The notes beneath the pieces were generated by a model. It saw only the letters and a list, made by a program, of their open reading frames with translations. It searched no databases and was not told where the DNA came from. From an uncultured Acidimicrobiaceae bacterium (GTDB lineage: Bacteria > Actinomycetota > Acidimicrobiia > Spongiisociales > ZC4RG35), in assembly GCA_964586615.1 (NCBI GenBank), contig CAZPIZ010000004.1:1-27906 (forward strand): a stretch of 27,906 nucleotides of DNA. Direction: 5' to 3'. The position numbers were made by a program, and so were the translations under genes. Positions within the stretch are counted from its first letter, which is position 1. Each line of letters opens with the position of its first letter. This document shows, one piece after another, positions 25,289 through 27,906 of this stretch.

Positions 25289-26344
25289 ATGCCCCTTCCG
25301 GTGGTCTTTCCCGACAAGCACAGCCTTCACGTCCCCGATGGGGAGATCTGGGTTGGTGTCCGGATCGCCGGCACCGAGCTCCCCGCCCGCGGCGAGGCCA
25401 TCGCGGAGGCGTTGAGGGCGGCAGGGCATTCCTTGGTGCCCACCCTGCCGATATCGGATGACGACCTGACGGCCGTACACACGCCCGATCTGATCGACTT
25501 TCTCCGGACGGCCTGGGACCGCTGGCAGACCTCGGGTTACCCGGTCGATCCCGGCCAGGATCGGGTCGTGCCCTATGCCTTCCCTCTGGCCGGCCTCACC
25601 TCGGGCAGGCCACCCCGTCGGCCGGTTTCGATCGGCGCCCTCACCGGGATGTTCGCAATGGACACCATGACCCTCATCGGCGAGGGGACCTGGGAGGCCG
25701 TGGAGGATGCTGCCGCCGCTGCCATCACGGCCGCCACCATGGTCGGAAAATCCGAGCGTGCCGTCTACGCGGCCGTTCGCCCCCCCGGCCATCATGCCGG
25801 GACCTCGTTCTACGGAGGCTCCTGTTACCTCAACAATGCCGCACTGGCGGCGCAGCGGCTACTTGATCGGAGCCTTGGCCCGGTGGCCGTCATCGACATC
25901 GATGCCCACCATGGAAACGGGACCCAGCAGATTTTCTACGAGACCGATCGGGTCCGGTACGGCTCCGTTCACATCGATCCCGGTGCCGGCTATTTCCCGC
26001 ACTGGCTCGGTTTCGCCGACGAGCAAGGCACGGGCGACGGTGAGGGTGCCAACCTCAATCTGCCCCTCGACCCCGGCACCGGTGACGGTGGCTGGCTCGG
26101 GGCGGTCCAAAGGTTGGCGGAGTTCGCCGCCGGATCCCGGTCTCTGGTGGTGTCTCTCGGGGTCGATGCCTGGATGCACGACCCCGAAAGCCCTCTCCAG
26201 GTGACGGTCGACGGATACACACGGGCGGGGGCGTTGCTGGGTGCTCTCGATCTGCCGACCGTGATCGTGCAGGAAGGGGGCTACGACCTCTCCCATCTCG
26301 GTGCTCTCGTCGTCGGGTTTCTCGACGGGTTCGAGGGCGGGTGA
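25289..26344 (+). CDS. Histone deacetylase family protein (acetylpolyamine amidohydrolase-like)
   Basis: RPPGHHA, GSCYLNNAA, DIDAHHGNGTQ, SLGVDA and QEGGY. Confidence 0.93.
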   Translation: MPLPVVFPDKHSLHVPDGEIWVGVRIAGTELPARGEAIAEALRAAGHSLVPTLPISDDDLTAVHTPDLIDFLRTAWDRWQTSGYPVDPGQDRVVPYAFPLAGLTSGRPPRRPVSIGALTGMFAMDTMTLIGEGTWEAVEDAAAAAITAATMVGKSERAVYAAVRPPGHHAGTSFYGGSCYLNNAALAAQRLLDRSLGPVAVIDIDAHHGNGTQQIFYETDRVRYGSVHIDPGAGYFPHWLGFADEQGTGDGEGANLNLPLDPGTGDGGWLGAVQRLAEFAAGSRSLVVSLGVDAWMHDPESPLQVTVDGYTRAGALLGALDLPTVIVQEGGYDLSHLGALVVGFLDGFEGG

Positions 26345-26354
26345 TAATGGCCCG

Positions 26355-27140
26355 GTGGCTCAACCCGCGACGGAGGAATCGAAAACGGCGTCGACCGGTG
26401 GCCTTGTCGCGGTGGGAGTGGCGACCGGAATACTGGCTGGTCTCCTTGGAGTAGGGGGAGGGATCATCATGGTCCCTGCTCTCGTCGCCGTTGGGTTCAG
26501 CCGGCATCGGGCCACGGCTTCGTCGCTGGCGGCGATCCTTCTCATCGCCATCGCCGGCGCCATCGCCTTCGGTGCCGCCGGGGACGTCGATGTTTCCACC
26601 GGCATCGCCTTGGGCCTCGGTGGCCTCGTGGGTTCGACGGTAGGCGCCCATTGGATGAACCGCCTTTCGGGCGTCACCCTCGCCAGGATCTTTGGGGTGG
26701 TGCTGCTTGTGGCAGGCATCCGCATGGCGATCGGCGGCGGAGTTCGCGAGGGTGGATTCGATCTCGATCCGGTCGTTTCAATCGGACTCGAGTTGCTGGT
26801 CGGGACCCTCACCGGGATTCTCTCAGGGCTGGCCGGAATCGGTGGAGGCATCGTGTTGATCCCCGCCATGGTCCTTTTGTTGGGGATTGATCAGCACACG
26901 GCCGAAGGCACTTCCCTGATGGCGATCCTCTTCACCGCCGCAGCCGGCACCCGGGTCAACATGCAGAATCGCCACGTCGATTGGCGGGTGGTATGGATCC
27001 TGGGGATCGCCGGCGCGGTCATCGCCCCGGTGTCGGCGGTGCTGGCTCAACGAATACCGGCCGACATCCTGGGCCGGGTTTTTGGAGCCTTCGTGATCAT
27101 CAACGCGGTTCGGACTCTCTGGAAGAGTCGCAAAGGTTGA
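26355..27140 (+). CDS. Sulfite exporter TauE/SafE family membrane protein
   Basis: Two internal repeats (GLLGVGGGIIMVP and GLAGIGGGIVLIP) with ATASSL and AEGTSL. Start placed at GTG 26355. Confidence 0.9.
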   Translation: MAQPATEESKTASTGGLVAVGVATGILAGLLGVGGGIIMVPALVAVGFSRHRATASSLAAILLIAIAGAIAFGAAGDVDVSTGIALGLGGLVGSTVGAHWMNRLSGVTLARIFGVVLLVAGIRMAIGGGVREGGFDLDPVVSIGLELLVGTLTGILSGLAGIGGGIVLIPAMVLLLGIDQHTAEGTSLMAILFTAAAGTRVNMQNRHVDWRVVWILGIAGAVIAPVSAVLAQRIPADILGRVFGAFVIINAVRTLWKSRKG

Positions 27141-27141
27141 G

Positions 27142-27528
27142 CTAGGCCTTCTTCAGCTCCAGCGCCGCCGAGTTCATGCAATAGCGCTGGCCCTCGGGTC
27201 CCGGCCCGTCTGGGAAGACATGGCCCAGGTGCCCACCACACCGGGCACAACGGACCTCGGTTCTGACCGTGCCGAAGCTGGAGTCGGTTTCGGTTTCAAC
27301 GCCTTCTTCCGATAGAGGACGCGTGAAGCTTGGCCACCCGGTTCCAGAGTCGTACTTGTCCTTCGCGTCGAACAGCTCGGCACCGCAGCCCGCACAGAGG
27401 TACTGCCCCGGCTCCTTCGAGTTCCAGTGCTCACCGGTGAATGCCCGCTCGGTACCGGCCTCTCGCAACACGTGGTACTGCTCGGGTGTCAATCGCTCCC
27501 GCCATTCCCGATCCGTGAGGTTTTCCAA
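27142..27528 (-). CDS. msrB: Peptide-methionine (R)-S-oxide reductase
   Basis: LTPEQYHVLR, GTERAF, CAGC, SGTGWPSF, RTEVRCARCGGHLGHVFPDGP and RYCMNS. TTG start is 6 nt after AAGGAG. Confidence 0.96.
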   Translation of the reverse strand: MENLTDREWRERLTPEQYHVLREAGTERAFTGEHWNSKEPGQYLCAGCGAELFDAKDKYDSGTGWPSFTRPLSEEGVETETDSSFGTVRTEVRCARCGGHLGHVFPDGPGPEGQRYCMNSAALELKKA

Positions 27529-27556
27529 ATGTGGCTCCTTTGCTCTGGTAATCAGA

Positions 27557-27906
27557 TCAACCCGCCTGAGCTGCATTCCGTTCCAGTGTCTCCAGGGCCA
27601 CCACCGGGATCCGTCGGGGGGTTCGCCGCTGGTACTCGGCGTAGCTTTGGTGGACGTCGTCTATGAACCTCTGATAGAGACGGCTCCGCTCGGGTTCGTC
27701 CAGTTCCCGGGCCACCACCGCCACGGTCTCCCCACCGATCACCACCTTGGCTCTGGGGTCGGCCGAGAGATTGAGCCACCAGGTCGGGTGCCGGTCGTCT
27801 CCGGCGTTGGTGGCCACGACGATCAATCGACCTCCATCTTCCAGGCGACCTCCATCTTCGAGGTAGGTGAGGGCCACCGGCCGAGGCTCACCCGATTTCC
27901 GTCCGA
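27557..27906 (-). CDS. Nitroreductase-family deazaflavin (F420)-dependent oxidoreductase, Ddn-like, 5' truncated by the window edge
   Basis: Open to the window end. GRKSGEPR, VVATNAG...HPTWWLNL..DP, and Y..YQ.RT.R.IPVV.L. Confidence 0.9.
   Translation of the reverse strand, partial: GRKSGEPRPVALTYLEDGGRLEDGGRLIVVATNAGDDRHPTWWLNLSADPRAKVVIGGETVAVVARELDEPERSRLYQRFIDDVHQSYAEYQRRTPRRIPVVALETLERNAAQAG
27828..27863. repeat. In-frame 18-bp tandem duplication (LEDGGR x2)
   Basis: CGACCTCCATCTTCCAGG / CGACCTCCATCTTCGAGG, 17/18 identical. Confidence 0.85.

Noticed and set aside
16840-26344. A unified polyamine catabolic pathway (class III aminotransferase, acetylpolyamine amidohydrolase-like HDAC, GGT)
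   Set aside because: The genes are dispersed in separate transcription units, and substrate specificity cannot be read from these motifs.

Overview
A GC-rich bacterial chromosomal segment, most consistent with Actinomycetota (probably Acidimicrobiia-like). The basis is gene content: an F420-dependent LLM enzyme, a Ddn-like deazaflavin oxidoreductase, a class E-type sortase, and many TANNNT boxes placed for leaderless transcription. About 30 CDS were called from motifs by eye, without database searches. They include acnA, pntA(part 2)/pntB, moeB, msrB, an Mrp ATPase, GGT, two aminotransferases, an HDAC-family hydrolase and TauE. No rRNA, tRNA or CRISPR array was seen. Three things stand out. 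(1) A candidate peptide-controlled cyclic-dinucleotide signalling locus (about 4.1-7.8 kb). It has a structured leader, a 29-aa signal-peptide-like ORF, two multi-TM HD-GYP proteins (one intact, one degenerate), and a convergent DUF5317-like membrane protein whose Asn/Asp motifs parallel signal peptidase II. (2) An AbiEi/DUF559-type nuclease gene bracketed by two 48-bp palindromic repeats, plus a third solo 48-bp inverted repeat of the same geometry at 23.6 kb, suggesting a REP-like selfish element family. (3) A SufR-like regulator/aconitase/cysteine-free Mrp cluster, and a transhydrogenase locus lacking the domain I gene.
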